Below, in pieces: positions 50,601-60,824 of a stretch of 64,000 nt of DNA (positions within the stretch are counted from its first letter, which is position 1; every line of letters starts with the position of its first letter). The stretch is from Dehalococcoidia bacterium. Lineage in GTDB: Bacteria > Chloroflexota > Dehalococcoidia > SM23-28-2 > RBG-16-64-32. The stretch spans positions 1,875,601 to 1,939,600 of the forward strand of contig OY762959.1 of assembly GCA_963667205.1 (NCBI GenBank). Reading direction: 5' to 3'. The position numbers were made by a program, and so were the translations under genes. The notes beneath the pieces were generated by a model. It was not told the origin of the DNA. It saw nothing but the letters and a program-made list of their open reading frames with translations, and ran no database searches.

Positions 50601-51227
50601 TGGCGGGAAGACGTCGACGATGCCCCCGCGGCGGCTCGCCTCACCTGATTCCTGGACTAGAGGCTCCATCGCGTAGCCGAGGCGCCCGAGCTCCCGCAAG
50701 AACGTCTCCATCGCGAGTTTCTGGCCGGGCCGCAGATCGAGCACAGCGCGCGTCACGTCATCGGGCGAGAGCGTCCGCTGCGCCAGCGCCAGCGCCGACG
50801 CCACGACCACGCACGGTCGCTCCTCCGCCAGCGCCGACGCCACGACCACGCACGGTCGCTCCTCCGCCAGCGCGACGACGGCGTTGAGGCGATCGCGCAC
50901 CGTCTCGCGGTCGGGCGCCAGGCGCTCGTAAGGCAGCGCGTCACGCTCCGGGAAGAGGAGCACGCGCGGCGTCTCGCCGGCGGACGGGCCGAGCCAGGCG
51001 GCGATCTCCTCGGCCAGCACCTCCGCGCGAGCCGGGCGCCCGGTGAGCAGGAGGACAGGCGGGCGCTCATCAGCCACGAGTGCGGCGAGCGCCGCGGCCT
51101 TGGCGGCGTCGCTGACACCGGCGATTGAGCGTGCGGAACCGCCCCGCCCGGACGGGCGCAGCGCCTCTCGCAGGCATCGCAGGCCGGCTGTCTCGGCGAT
51201 TATCGGCAGTAGTGCGGAAAGGTCCAT
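47634..51227 (-). CDS. mfd: Transcription-repair coupling factor
   Basis: CarD-like VVHIDHGIG, GDVGYGKT, DEEQ, SATPIPRT, QLRGRVGR, TRCF C-terminus. Confidence 0.97.
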   Translation of the reverse strand: MDLSALLPIIAETAGLRCLREALRPSGRGGSARSIAGVSDAAKAAALAALVADERPPVLLLTGRPARAEVLAEEIAAWLGPSAGETPRVLLFPERDALPYERLAPDRETVRDRLNAVVALAEERPCVVVASALAEERPCVVVASALALAQRTLSPDDVTRAVLDLRPGQKLAMETFLRELGRLGYAMEPLVQESGEASRRGGIVDVFPPTERAPLRVEFFGDEIESIRTFSASTQRTSKAVDEARIVPAQELLPSAADDWLAPLSKLGLKKMPDEARERIEEELELLRDGASFKERDFYVQFLAPCSLLDHLPSGALLIVDEEADVQAAIEEAEAQGEATQKELEAAGEIPYGLPPALETWPEARRQIEAAGRVLTLARWAMPEEGKATADGDAVRLPFAGSGAFAGQLRKLATEVAQGVQSGQRFVIVSQQAERLAELLEEQDTHATVSGDLASPPPNLSLVQGSLQEGWKLGADGPSPDGDGLLTLLTDSEVFGFVKQRRAPPKKAVNREAFLADLIQGAYVVHIDHGIGRFAGLIHRTIDGNEREYLELHYAEGDRLFVPTDQLDRVSRYIGPSDKHPAPTRLGAGDWQRAKQRARRAVAELAKGLLQLYASREVMPGYAYPPDTAWQAELDASFPYVETADQLAAINAVKHDMESPRPMDRLVCGDVGYGKTEVALRAAFKTVMDGKQVAILVPTTVLAQQHYNTFRERLAAFPVRIEVLSRLRSDAEQKRIVKSLPQGTTDIVIGTHRLLQKDIRFQELGLVVIDEEQRFGVANKEFLKEMRREVDVLTLSATPIPRTLYMALGGIRDMSTMETPPEERLPIKTYVSNADDRLVREAIARELERGGQVYFVHNRVHNIEMIAGKLRDLVPEASIGIGHGQMDERELARAMDDFTHGRTDVLVCTTIIESGLDIPNVNTIIINQADQLGLAQLYQLRGRVGRGAHRAYAYLLYEKNKRLTETATARLQTIFEATELGAGFQIAQRDLEIRGAGNLLGAEQSGYISAIGFDLYVKLLSGAVERMRALMRGETPPPESDESEVSIDLPLSAHLPPSYVPDLNLRLALYQRLSAADDPEAVDKISQEMVDRFGEPPPLALNLLYIVTLRSLSKLGGVQSIIADGATAVVKMEAGETLPAAALEESAPRGVRVGRTMLRVGLDEGWQERLRRALELLMAARAEEEAESAADSPVDTD
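50787..50873. repeat. Perfect 39-bp tandem duplication inside mfd
   Basis: CGCCAGCGCCGACGCCACGACCACGCACGGTCGCTCCTC twice, encoding LAEERPCVVVASA twice. Confidence 0.95.
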
Positions 51228-51402
51228 ATCTCTCGGGCGAACAACGCTTTTAGGGGCCTCGACCGGTCGAGGCCCCTTTGGCAGTCTATTCGCTTGCGGC
51301 CATTGTATCAGCGCGGGGGTGGCTTTCGGCGGGCGACGGCGCCCGTTCGCGCCCGCGAACCCTCAGTGTCAACGGACCGAGATGACTAGGCACGCTATCT
51401 CT

Positions 51403-51437
51403 CCCCGTTCGTGGTGAGGTATCGAACCATGAAGCGG
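51403..51437. repeat. REP-like element, single copy
   Basis: CCCGTTCGTGGTGAGGTATCGAACCATGAAGCGG. Confidence 0.6.
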
Positions 51438-51478
51438 GCCGGCCAATGCTCACCCTCGCCGGCCGCAGCCTTAGCGCC

Positions 51479-52069
51479 TCAGGTGTTGTGCTCGTTCATC
51501 GCCGCCTTGACGCCGTCGGTGATGATCAGCTCCACGGCCTGCGTTGCGCGCCGGGCCGCGTCCTGCAGCGTCTTCACCATCTCCGGCGACGGGTCGCTCA
51601 GCACGTAGTCGGCCACATGCTCCGGCTCCCACGTCGGCTCGCCGTCGACGTGCGGGCGGCCGATGCCGACGCGGATGCGCGCGAACTCCTGGCTCCCGGC
51701 GGCGGCGATGATCGACTTGATCCCGTTGTGGCCGCCGCTGCCACCGCCGGCCTTGATGCGTACGCGGCCCGCCGGCAGATCGAGTTCGTCGTAGACGACG
51801 ATCAGGTGCGTCGGGTCGATGCTCCAGCGCCGCAGCGCCGGCCCGATCGCTTCGCCGCTTTTGTTCATGTACGTCCGTGGCTTGACTAGGACGGCGGGCA
51901 CACCGCGTATCTCGCCCTCGCCCAGCGTGGCCAGCGTCTTCGCTTTGATCTTGATGCCGTGCAGCCGCGCCAGGCGATTGACGCACCAGTAGCCGACGTT
52001 GTGACGGTTGTGAGAGTAGTCAGCGCCGGGGTTGCCCAGGCCGGCGATCAGCCAGCGGTCATTGGCCAC
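51479..52069 (-). CDS. pth: Peptidyl-tRNA hydrolase
   Basis: GLGNPG...RHNVG, KPRTYMNKSG, GGHNGIKS. Confidence 0.97.
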   Translation of the reverse strand: MANDRWLIAGLGNPGADYSHNRHNVGYWCVNRLARLHGIKIKAKTLATLGEGEIRGVPAVLVKPRTYMNKSGEAIGPALRRWSIDPTHLIVVYDELDLPAGRVRIKAGGGSGGHNGIKSIIAAAGSQEFARIRVGIGRPHVDGEPTWEPEHVADYVLSDPSPEMVKTLQDAARRATQAVELIITDGVKAAMNEHNT

Positions 52070-52125
52070 GCCGCCATTCTACGGGAGACAGATGACAGGT
52101 GACAGGCGGTCTGCCACGTTGGAGC

Positions 52126-53376
52126 TTACGTGGCGGCCTCGGCCTCGGCCTCGTCCGCTGGCGGTGCGGCGCCGCGTATCGCCCGGTGCAGAACGTCCGC
52201 CAGCTTCTCGAGCGAATCCCGAGTCGCCGCTTCGTCGTCGTCGCGTCCGTCCTGCACGTGGTCGAGTATCGGCTCCAGCAGCGCGCTTATTCGCGCTTCG
52301 AGGAGGAACCGGCGGAGGTAGCCGACGAGGTCGTCGTCTAGGATCTGCGTCAGCGTCGAGATCTGGGCTGCCTGCACCACCTTCAGGAAGCGCTCCACGC
52401 GCGGGTCGCTGCTGCGCTCCAGGATCGCCCGCACGGCGACCGAGGAGAGGCGGCCAAGCTGCTGCTCGATAGACAGCGGGAGCCGATTGAGCACGGCGCC
52501 GGCAGCCTCGGCGTGACCGGACGCACCCAGCCGCAGGTCACATTTGGGGCAGACCGTGGCTGTCTTGAGGACTTCCGCCAGGTCGGCTCCGGTATCGCAG
52601 GCCGTCGTCGCTTCGATCAGCTCTTCGTATGCCCCGATCGTTGCTTCGCCCACCGGCGCGCCAAGCTCCACCAGGCCGTTCAGCCGTGTCAGCGCCCGCA
52701 CTTCGCGCCCGGCCTCCAGCAGCTGTTCGTGGAGACTTGATGCCGCCGCCCAGTACGTCGCGTGAAAGTCCTCGTAGCGGCGTGCGCAGACGCCGTGGAA
52801 GTGGTTGAAGGCCAGCTTCGCCGTTCGCATGCGCTTCGGGTCCGCGATCAACATGTCGTAGGAGGCGTTCTCCTCCGCGATCGCGCGTTCCTTCACCGGC
52901 TTCCGCGGGCGCCTGACAGCGTGCTCTCGGTCGGCGATGAGCACGCCGAACGAGATCTGCCCGTCGGCGATCGCCTGGTCTAGCGCCAGTTCTCGCTCGG
53001 ACTCCGGCACGAACGCCTCGGCGAGGTAGCGTTGCATCTCAGCGATGGCCGCCGCGCCTCTCGGATCAGCGGCGAACGCCCGCAGCGCGTAGATGTCTTC
53101 GGCCAGCACGTCCGGCTCCGCGTGGCAGAGCAAGGCGGCGTTCGCGAGTCCGTCCTCGCTCGCAGAGGCCAGCGGGGTGAGGCGCTCCAGCAGTTCGCGG
53201 CAGGCGGCGTGGCGGCGTTGTCCCGCCGCCGCGAACAGATCGCGGATCCGCTCTGCGATCTCAGCCGGCGCCAGGTCCTTGTGTTTCGGCCCGCTCAGGG
53301 CAAAGGCCAGGACCTCGGCGGCGTCGTAGGCCTCCGGTGCGCGGGCTTCGGTGATTGGTGTAGGCGATCGTGGCAT
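52126..53376 (-). CDS. Helical hypothetical protein with CxxC
   Basis: 416-aa ORF, RBS AGGAGGT, VCPKCDL motif. Confidence 0.7.
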   Translation of the reverse strand: MPRSPTPITEARAPEAYDAAEVLAFALSGPKHKDLAPAEIAERIRDLFAAAGQRRHAACRELLERLTPLASASEDGLANAALLCHAEPDVLAEDIYALRAFAADPRGAAAIAEMQRYLAEAFVPESERELALDQAIADGQISFGVLIADREHAVRRPRKPVKERAIAEENASYDMLIADPKRMRTAKLAFNHFHGVCARRYEDFHATYWAAASSLHEQLLEAGREVRALTRLNGLVELGAPVGEATIGAYEELIEATTACDTGADLAEVLKTATVCPKCDLRLGASGHAEAAGAVLNRLPLSIEQQLGRLSSVAVRAILERSSDPRVERFLKVVQAAQISTLTQILDDDLVGYLRRFLLEARISALLEPILDHVQDGRDDDEAATRDSLEKLADVLHRAIRGAAPPADEAEAEAAT

Positions 53377-53461
53377 AGGCCACCTCCTGTCCGTGCGGAG
53401 GGCGCTATTTTATGGCGCGATGATATGAGCAGCCTCAGGCTCTGACAAGGTGCAAGTGGCG

Positions 53462-54646
53462 CTAATCTTCGCCAGCGGCAGCGGCGCGAGATTCCGCCAC
53501 GATCTCCGGCAGGACGGCGAGCACGCGCTCGATCTCCTGCGCCGTGTTCTCCGGGCCGACCGTCATCCGCAGCGCGCCGACGGCGCGCCGTAACGGCATG
53601 CCGGCGGCTGTCAGCACGTGCGAGGGCTCCCAGGTCGCCGAGTTGCAGGCGCTGCCGGCGCTTGCGGCGACGCCCAGCCGGTCGAGCGCGTCCAGCATCG
53701 TGTCGGAGCGCGCGCCTTCGATGCTGAAGTGTGCGTTGTTCGGCAGTCGCATCTCGGGGTGGCCGGTCAGCTCGGCACCGTCGATCGTGCGCAGGACGCC
53801 CTCCACGAGCTGCGTCGTCAGGCCGCGGCAGGCGCTGGTGTAGCCGTCGCGGTTGGCCTGAACCTCCGCGAGAGCCGCCGCCGTCCCGACGATCGAGGCC
53901 ACGTTCTCTGTCCCCGCGCGGTGCTGGCGCTCCTGGCCGCCGCCGCTCATCTGCGCCAGGAACGGCGTTCCGCGGCGCATGTAGAGCACGCCCGATCCCT
54001 TGGGCCCGCCGAACTTATGCGCCGAAAGGCTCAGCAGATCGATGCCCAGGCGGTCGACGTCGAGGTCGATCGCGTTGGCGCCCTGCACGGCGTCCGTGTG
54101 CAGCACGACGCTGCTTTCCAGGGACTTCGCCCGAGCGCGGACGGCGCGTGAGATCTCCGGCAGCGGTTCGATCGTCCCGATCTCGTTGTTGGCGAGCATC
54201 ACGCTCACGAGTACCGTCCGCTCATTCATCGCCTCGGCGATGGCGTCTGGGCGGACGATCCCGTAGCGGTCGACAGGGACCAGCGTCACAGCGAAGCCGA
54301 ACTTCTCGAGGTACTCGCAGGAATGGAGGACCGCGTGGTGCTCGATCGTCGTCGTGATGACGTGATCGCCGAGCCCCGCCTGCCGTTTCGCCAGCGCCAC
54401 GCCCTTGATCGCGCCGTTGATCGACTCTGTGCCCGGGCCTGTGAAGACGATCTCCCGAGGCCGCGCGCCGAGCAGCGATGCCACGGTCGAACGGGCGCTT
54501 TCGATCGCCCGGGCGGCCTGGCGGCCGAGGGCGTAGGTGCCGGAGGGGTTTCCAAAGTGCCCCTGGAGGTAGGGGAGCATCGCTTCCAGCGCCTGCGGCT
54601 GCAGCTGTGTCGTGGCGGCGTGATCGAGGTAGATGGTCGTCTTCAT
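53462..54646 (-). CDS. iscS: Cysteine desulfurase (IscS/NifS type)
   Basis: YLDHAATT, HTDAVQ, SAHKFGGPKG, SAGSAC. Confidence 0.9.
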   Translation of the reverse strand: MKTTIYLDHAATTQLQPQALEAMLPYLQGHFGNPSGTYALGRQAARAIESARSTVASLLGARPREIVFTGPGTESINGAIKGVALAKRQAGLGDHVITTTIEHHAVLHSCEYLEKFGFAVTLVPVDRYGIVRPDAIAEAMNERTVLVSVMLANNEIGTIEPLPEISRAVRARAKSLESSVVLHTDAVQGANAIDLDVDRLGIDLLSLSAHKFGGPKGSGVLYMRRGTPFLAQMSGGGQERQHRAGTENVASIVGTAAALAEVQANRDGYTSACRGLTTQLVEGVLRTIDGAELTGHPEMRLPNNAHFSIEGARSDTMLDALDRLGVAASAGSACNSATWEPSHVLTAAGMPLRRAVGALRMTVGPENTAQEIERVLAVLPEIVAESRAAAAGED

Positions 54647-54723
54647 GGCGTCGGATACCGGGGTGGGGTATGCGACAAGGTTATCGCCGCGCGGCCTCAC
54701 CTGTCAAAGCGCATGGGCTGCCG

Positions 54724-55536
54724 TCAGCGGGTGAGTAGTCCCGCGTCGAGGACAAACTCCGAGCCGGTGACGTAGCGCGCACGGTCCGAGGCGAGGAAGA
54801 GCACAGCCTCGGCCACGTCCTCTGCCTCCACCCACGGCACGGGCAGCAGGTTGCCGGCCAAGCGCTCGGCGATCTCCTCCGCCGTTGCGCCTTCCAGCGC
54901 CGCCAGTCCGTCGTTCATCGGTGCGTTGACACCCGTCGGGTGGATCGAGACGACGCGGATGTTGTGCGGCGCCAGCTCCAGCGCCCAGGACTTGCTGAGG
55001 CCCGTCAGCCCCCACTTGGACGCGGCGTAGTGACTGAGCCGGGACATCCCGCGCAGGCCGGCGATCGACGAGTTGTTGATGATGACGCCGGAGCCCTGTT
55101 CGATCATCACGGGGATGACGCGCCGGCCCACCAGCCAGGCGCCCTTCAGGTTGACGTCGATCATCGTGTCCCACTCGTCCTCGCTCAGCTCGTGCGAGTA
55201 GCCGTAGGCGCAGACGCCGGCGTTGTTGAAGAGGATGTCGATTCGCCCCAGCGCCTCCGTAGTCCCGCTAACCGCCGCCGTGATCGCGGTGTCGTCGCGG
55301 ACGTCGCCCTCGAACGTCAGGCACTCGGAGCCGGCCTCGCCGCACTGCCTCTTCAGGCTCGACAGGTCCTCGCCGCCGCCCATCTCGTAGCCGGGGTAAG
55401 CCAACGGCCCCGCGATGTCGAACGCCGCGATGCGAGCCACGGCGCGGGCCAGCGTCAGTGCCGTGGCTCGTCCCTGGCTGTGCGCGGCGCCCGTGATGAA
55501 CGCGACCTTGCCGGCGAACTCGCGCTCTTCAGTCAC
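54724..55536 (-). CDS. SDR resembling mycofactocin-coupled dehydrogenases
   Basis: TGAAHSQG with a DIAGPLAYPGY insertion, HYAASKWG, IHPTGV, NLLPVPWVE. Confidence 0.82.
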   Translation of the reverse strand: MTEEREFAGKVAFITGAAHSQGRATALTLARAVARIAAFDIAGPLAYPGYEMGGGEDLSSLKRQCGEAGSECLTFEGDVRDDTAITAAVSGTTEALGRIDILFNNAGVCAYGYSHELSEDEWDTMIDVNLKGAWLVGRRVIPVMIEQGSGVIINNSSIAGLRGMSRLSHYAASKWGLTGLSKSWALELAPHNIRVVSIHPTGVNAPMNDGLAALEGATAEEIAERLAGNLLPVPWVEAEDVAEAVLFLASDRARYVTGSEFVLDAGLLTR

Positions 55537-56084
55537 CCGGGGGCTCCGTGCGTCCGCGCGCCGGGCTTGCGGTAGCCCTCAAGGTACTCGTCGAGGTCGA
55601 CTTCGAGTGCGTTGTTGAAGACGTTGGTCGCGACCATCATCGCCCCGAACGCCGTCAGCGCGACGATCTGCTCGGCGCTGAACTCGGCCGCCAGGCGCGC
55701 GTAGACATCGTCCGAAACCCGCGAGCGCTGCGTCGAGAGGGAGCGCCCGAACTCGGCGAGCAGCTCCTCGCGCTCGCTCAGCTCCAGCTGGTCAGGGTCG
55801 TCGCCGGCGTCGATCAGGTGGCGCCGGAAGTAGGTCGAGCAGACGAGGCAGTCGGTCTCCGCAGAGATCGCGTACAGGAAGACGTTAGTGGGGCGCGCGC
55901 CGAGGAACGGCACGACCACGTCCGCCAGTGGATAGAACTCCATCAGGGCGTGGAACGCCGGCAGCGAGTGCAGCAGCGTACGCTTCATGTTGGTCATGCG
56001 TTCGTAGCGCTTCACGCCCTCGTCGTGCGCGGCCAGCTGCCCTTCGTTGGCGTCGTCCGGTTCGACCGTTGGTATGCGTGCCAT
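55533..56084 (-). CDS. AhpD/CMD-like protein
   Basis: CLVCSTYF, NVFNNALEVDLD; 4-bp overlap with the SDR. Confidence 0.8.
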   Translation of the reverse strand: MARIPTVEPDDANEGQLAAHDEGVKRYERMTNMKRTLLHSLPAFHALMEFYPLADVVVPFLGARPTNVFLYAISAETDCLVCSTYFRRHLIDAGDDPDQLELSEREELLAEFGRSLSTQRSRVSDDVYARLAAEFSAEQIVALTAFGAMMVATNVFNNALEVDLDEYLEGYRKPGARTHGAPG

Positions 56085-56166
56085 AATCGCCTCCTGAAGT
56101 ACGACTGCGCAGCCGAGTTTACCGTGCGCCGTCAAGCGCTGTCAGCGGACGGCGCACGCGTGGGTG

Positions 56167-56275
56167 CCCCGTTCATCCCTTCGATTCTCACGGCGAACGG
56201 CAAGGATTGCTCGCAGCGCCTCGTCCCGTTCGTGGTGAGGTCCTGCGGGCCCGTCTGGATATCGAACCGTAAACG
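56167..56275. repeat. REP-like inverted doublet
   Basis: CCCGTTCATCCCTTCGATTCTCACGGCGAACGG ... CCCGTTCGTGGTGAGG...ATCGAACCGTAAACG. Confidence 0.62.
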
Positions 56276-56291
56276 CCGCTCCGACGCAGAG

Positions 56292-57731
56292 CTACGCGCC
56301 GTTGTGGCGAGAAGCCCAGTAGGCTGTGGCGAGCGCGAGGGCGCGGGCAGCCGAGCGGAAGCTCGTGAAAGCGGCGACGCCGCGGTCGAGGAGCTTGCGT
56401 CGCACGTCGGCCATCACGTCTTCGACGTGGCTCGGGTGCGTGATCGTCAGGAACGGCTTGGCGGAGCGCTCGCGCTGCGCGGCGAGGATGTCGAGCAGCC
56501 CGTTCATGATCGATGGGTTATCGCGCAAGCGGCGGGCGATGAACGTACCGCTGACCTCCATCGCGATCGCATCGACGTTCTCGTCCTCTTCCAGGATCTC
56601 GAACAGCTTCTGGAGGTTGCCGGGCACGAAGCCCATGCCGATCGTGCCGCCGGCGTCCAGCGGGTTGCGGTAGCTGCCGCCGATGATGTTGAAGAACGAC
56701 GCCAGCTTTTCGTACGAGGCCGGCGTCAGCAGCGGCACCTCCATCCCCTCGCGCTCGAAAGCGTCGGTGATGACGACGGACTGACCGCCGGTCATCGCCA
56801 CGAGGCCCATTCGCTTTCCCGTCGCCGGCTTGCAGTAGACGAGCGCCTTGACGGCGTCGATCGTCTCATCCAGGCCGTCGGTCTCGATGACGCCGGCCTG
56901 CCGCATTGCCGCGCTCCAGACGGCCGGCGCGGCCGCCAGCGAAGCCGTGTGTGAGTAGACCGCACGCGAGCCGGCCGTGCTCGTGCCGCCGCGCCAGACG
57001 ACGACGGGCTTGCGCGCGGCAGCGGCCTTCAGCGAGCGCAGCAGGCGCGGGCCGTCCTTCGTGCCCTCGATGTAGATAGCGATGACTTCGGTCTCGGCGT
57101 CCTGCTCTAGGTAATCGATGTAGTCGGGAGCATCGAGGAGGACGGCGTTGCCGAACGATACCGTCTTCGAGCACTTGATGCCGTGCGTCGCGCCGACCAG
57201 CGCGAAGTTGATGCAGTGCGTGCCGCTCTGGCTGATGAAGCCGACGTTGCCGGCGTCGCCGTGCTCTTGGTCCGGGCTGTGACGCACGCCGAGGCGCCGG
57301 TTGTAGAGGCCCATGCAGTTGGGCCCGATCAACAGGAGGTCGTTCTCGCGGGCGATCTCGGTTACCTGCTGCTGCGCGTCGATGCCTTCTTCTGTTTCCG
57401 TCTCTGCGAAGCCGGACGTGAAGAGGGCTACCGCCCCGACCTGCTTCTTCGCGCAGTCGGCGACGATGCGCGCCGCGACCGGGCGGGGGACGGCGCAGAG
57501 CACGTAGTCGATGTCTTCGGGGATGTCCGTCAGGCTGGGGTAGTTGGGGACTTCGAGCGCCTCGATGCCGGGGATCTCGGCCGGGTCGATCTGCACGGAG
57601 TAGAGCTTGCCGGCGAACGTCTTCATCGAGTGCAGCCACATGTAGCCCATCGCCCGCTTGTCGCCGACGACGGCCACCGTCTTCGGGTTGAATGCGCGCT
57701 CCAGTCGCGGCGTCAGGCCGGCGGGCGTCAC
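56292..57731 (-). CDS. ADP-forming acyl-CoA synthetase, CoA-binding (alpha) subunit
   Basis: SGFAE, IGPNCMG, SQSG, SHTASLA phospho-His, NPLD. Confidence 0.88.
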   Translation of the reverse strand: MTPAGLTPRLERAFNPKTVAVVGDKRAMGYMWLHSMKTFAGKLYSVQIDPAEIPGIEALEVPNYPSLTDIPEDIDYVLCAVPRPVAARIVADCAKKQVGAVALFTSGFAETETEEGIDAQQQVTEIARENDLLLIGPNCMGLYNRRLGVRHSPDQEHGDAGNVGFISQSGTHCINFALVGATHGIKCSKTVSFGNAVLLDAPDYIDYLEQDAETEVIAIYIEGTKDGPRLLRSLKAAAARKPVVVWRGGTSTAGSRAVYSHTASLAAAPAVWSAAMRQAGVIETDGLDETIDAVKALVYCKPATGKRMGLVAMTGGQSVVITDAFEREGMEVPLLTPASYEKLASFFNIIGGSYRNPLDAGGTIGMGFVPGNLQKLFEILEEDENVDAIAMEVSGTFIARRLRDNPSIMNGLLDILAAQRERSAKPFLTITHPSHVEDVMADVRRKLLDRGVAAFTSFRSAARALALATAYWASRHNGA

Positions 57732-58432
57732 TTGTCGCTGCTCACGACGATGCGGGCGTCGACGGCGAGGCAGCCGTCCTTGTAGGCGAAGACGGGGTTC
57801 AGGTCCAGCTCCTCCACCTGCGGGTTGGCCTCGGAGAAGGTGGAGAGCTGGAGCAGGAGGCCGGTCAGCGCGCCGATGTCCGCCGGTTCGCCGCCGCGCA
57901 CGCCGTCGAGGATCGCGCGGCCGTTGATCTCATCGATCATCTCGCGGGCGTCGCGCTCTTCTAGCGGCACGATGCGGAAGGCGACGTCCTTGAGCACTTC
58001 GACGAAGATGCCGCCGAGCCCGAACATGAGCACCGGCCCGAACTGCGGGTCCTTGCTCATGCCGACGATGACCTCGGTGCCGGGGCGCGCCATCGCCTGG
58101 ACGGCGACGCCCTCGATCCGCGCCTTCGGCTGGCGCTCCGCCACGGCGGCGACGATCTCATCGTAGGCCGCCCGCACTGCTGCCTCGTCTTCGAGGCCGA
58201 CCCGAACGCCGCCGACGTCGGACTTATGCGTGACGTCCGGCGAGACGATCTTGAGCACGACGGGGAATCCGGCGTTCGCCGCCGCCTTCGCCGCCTCGTC
58301 CGCCGAGGCCGCCAGCGTCGTCTCCGCGACGGGGATACCGGCAGCGGCGAGTATCTGCTTCGACTCGACCTCGGTGAGCACGGAGCGGTCCTCGTTGCGG
58401 GCGCGTTCGATCGCTTCGGAAAGGGTGACCAT
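57728..58432 (-). CDS. ADP-forming acyl-CoA synthetase, ATP-grasp (beta) subunit
   Basis: GFPVVLKIVSPDVTHKSDVGGV, DPQFGP, ELDLNP. Confidence 0.92.
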   Translation of the reverse strand: MVTLSEAIERARNEDRSVLTEVESKQILAAAGIPVAETTLAASADEAAKAAANAGFPVVLKIVSPDVTHKSDVGGVRVGLEDEAAVRAAYDEIVAAVAERQPKARIEGVAVQAMARPGTEVIVGMSKDPQFGPVLMFGLGGIFVEVLKDVAFRIVPLEERDAREMIDEINGRAILDGVRGGEPADIGALTGLLLQLSTFSEANPQVEELDLNPVFAYKDGCLAVDARIVVSSDK

Positions 58433-58483
58433 GAGCGGCGCCATCATACGTAGCGTTCGCGGCAACGGTCAACGCGGGCAAGC

Positions 58484-58511
58484 AAAAGGGGCGAGCAATT
58501 CGCTCGCCCCT
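58484..58511 (-). terminator. Intrinsic terminator
   Basis: AGGGGCGAGC-N5-GCTCGCCCCT followed by a T run on the minus strand. Confidence 0.75.
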
Positions 58512-58531
58512 GGTGTTCGTAGCTGAGTTGG

Positions 58532-58750
58532 TTAGCGGGACTTCTTGCCGTTTCCGTTGGACTTTACGGAGCGCACCATCATCTTGCGCTGGCTGTAGTT
58601 GAGAAAGGCGCGGGACTTGCCGCATCGCTTGCAGACGCCTTCACTGGTTTCACCGTTCGGCGTGGCGATCTGCCAGTGGTGTGCGCAGCCATCGTCTTCG
58701 ATCTCGACGTCGGGCTCAAGTGTGGTCGCTTCGGCTCGCTGCTCTGCCAA
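58532..58750 (-). CDS. Small Zn-ribbon-like protein
   Basis: CAHHW...GVCKRCG, basic tail, RBS GGAGG, TTG start, downstream terminator. Confidence 0.75.
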   Translation of the reverse strand: MAEQRAEATTLEPDVEIEDDGCAHHWQIATPNGETSEGVCKRCGKSRAFLNYSQRKMMVRSVKSNGNGKKSR

Positions 58751-58891
58751 TCTGGGCCTCCCTCTGGCGTTGTTCCCGCAATAGTCGGGGCACGGGCGAA
58801 CGGTGCGCCGAACCCTGCTGTGGATGGGGCGAAGCCGGGACCGACCTTCCCACTATAACGTAAACGTGAGGTTTAGGCCAAGCTGCTGCGG

Positions 58892-60496
<1,605 letters not shown>

Positions 60497-60599
60497 AATC
60501 AGGCTTCAAGGATAGCACCTGGCCCGCCGCCGCCGTGGCCCTTGACAGTGCGTGATACATTAGCTTACGCGTCTGAGCATATTAATTGGAGCGGGAGCA

Positions 60600-60815
60600 T
60601 TGGCTGACGGACCTTTCGACAACTATCTCGACCTCGTGGATGCGGCTCGCATCCTCAATATCCACCCGCAGAGCCTGCGGCGCCTGATCAAGCAGAAGAA
60701 GGTGCCGGCGGTGCTCTTCGCCGGCAAGTACTTGATCGAGCGTCACGCGCTCGAGCAGTTCAAGTCGAACTACGATCCGCGACCCGGCCGCAAGGCCATC
60801 CGTCGACTCCTCTAG
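60600..60815 (+). CDS. Excisionase-like HTH protein
   Basis: DAARILNIHPQSLRRLIKQKKVPA...GKYLI. Confidence 0.82.
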   Translation: MADGPFDNYLDLVDAARILNIHPQSLRRLIKQKKVPAVLFAGKYLIERHALEQFKSNYDPRPGRKAIRRLL

Positions 60816-60824
60816 CGGCTCTGC

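Noticed and set aside
51252-51277. Perfect palindrome AGGGGCCTCGACCGGTCGAGGCCCCT upstream of mfd as an ncRNA
   Set aside because: It is an isolated hairpin with no further recognisable structure, most simply a terminator-like or regulatory stem.
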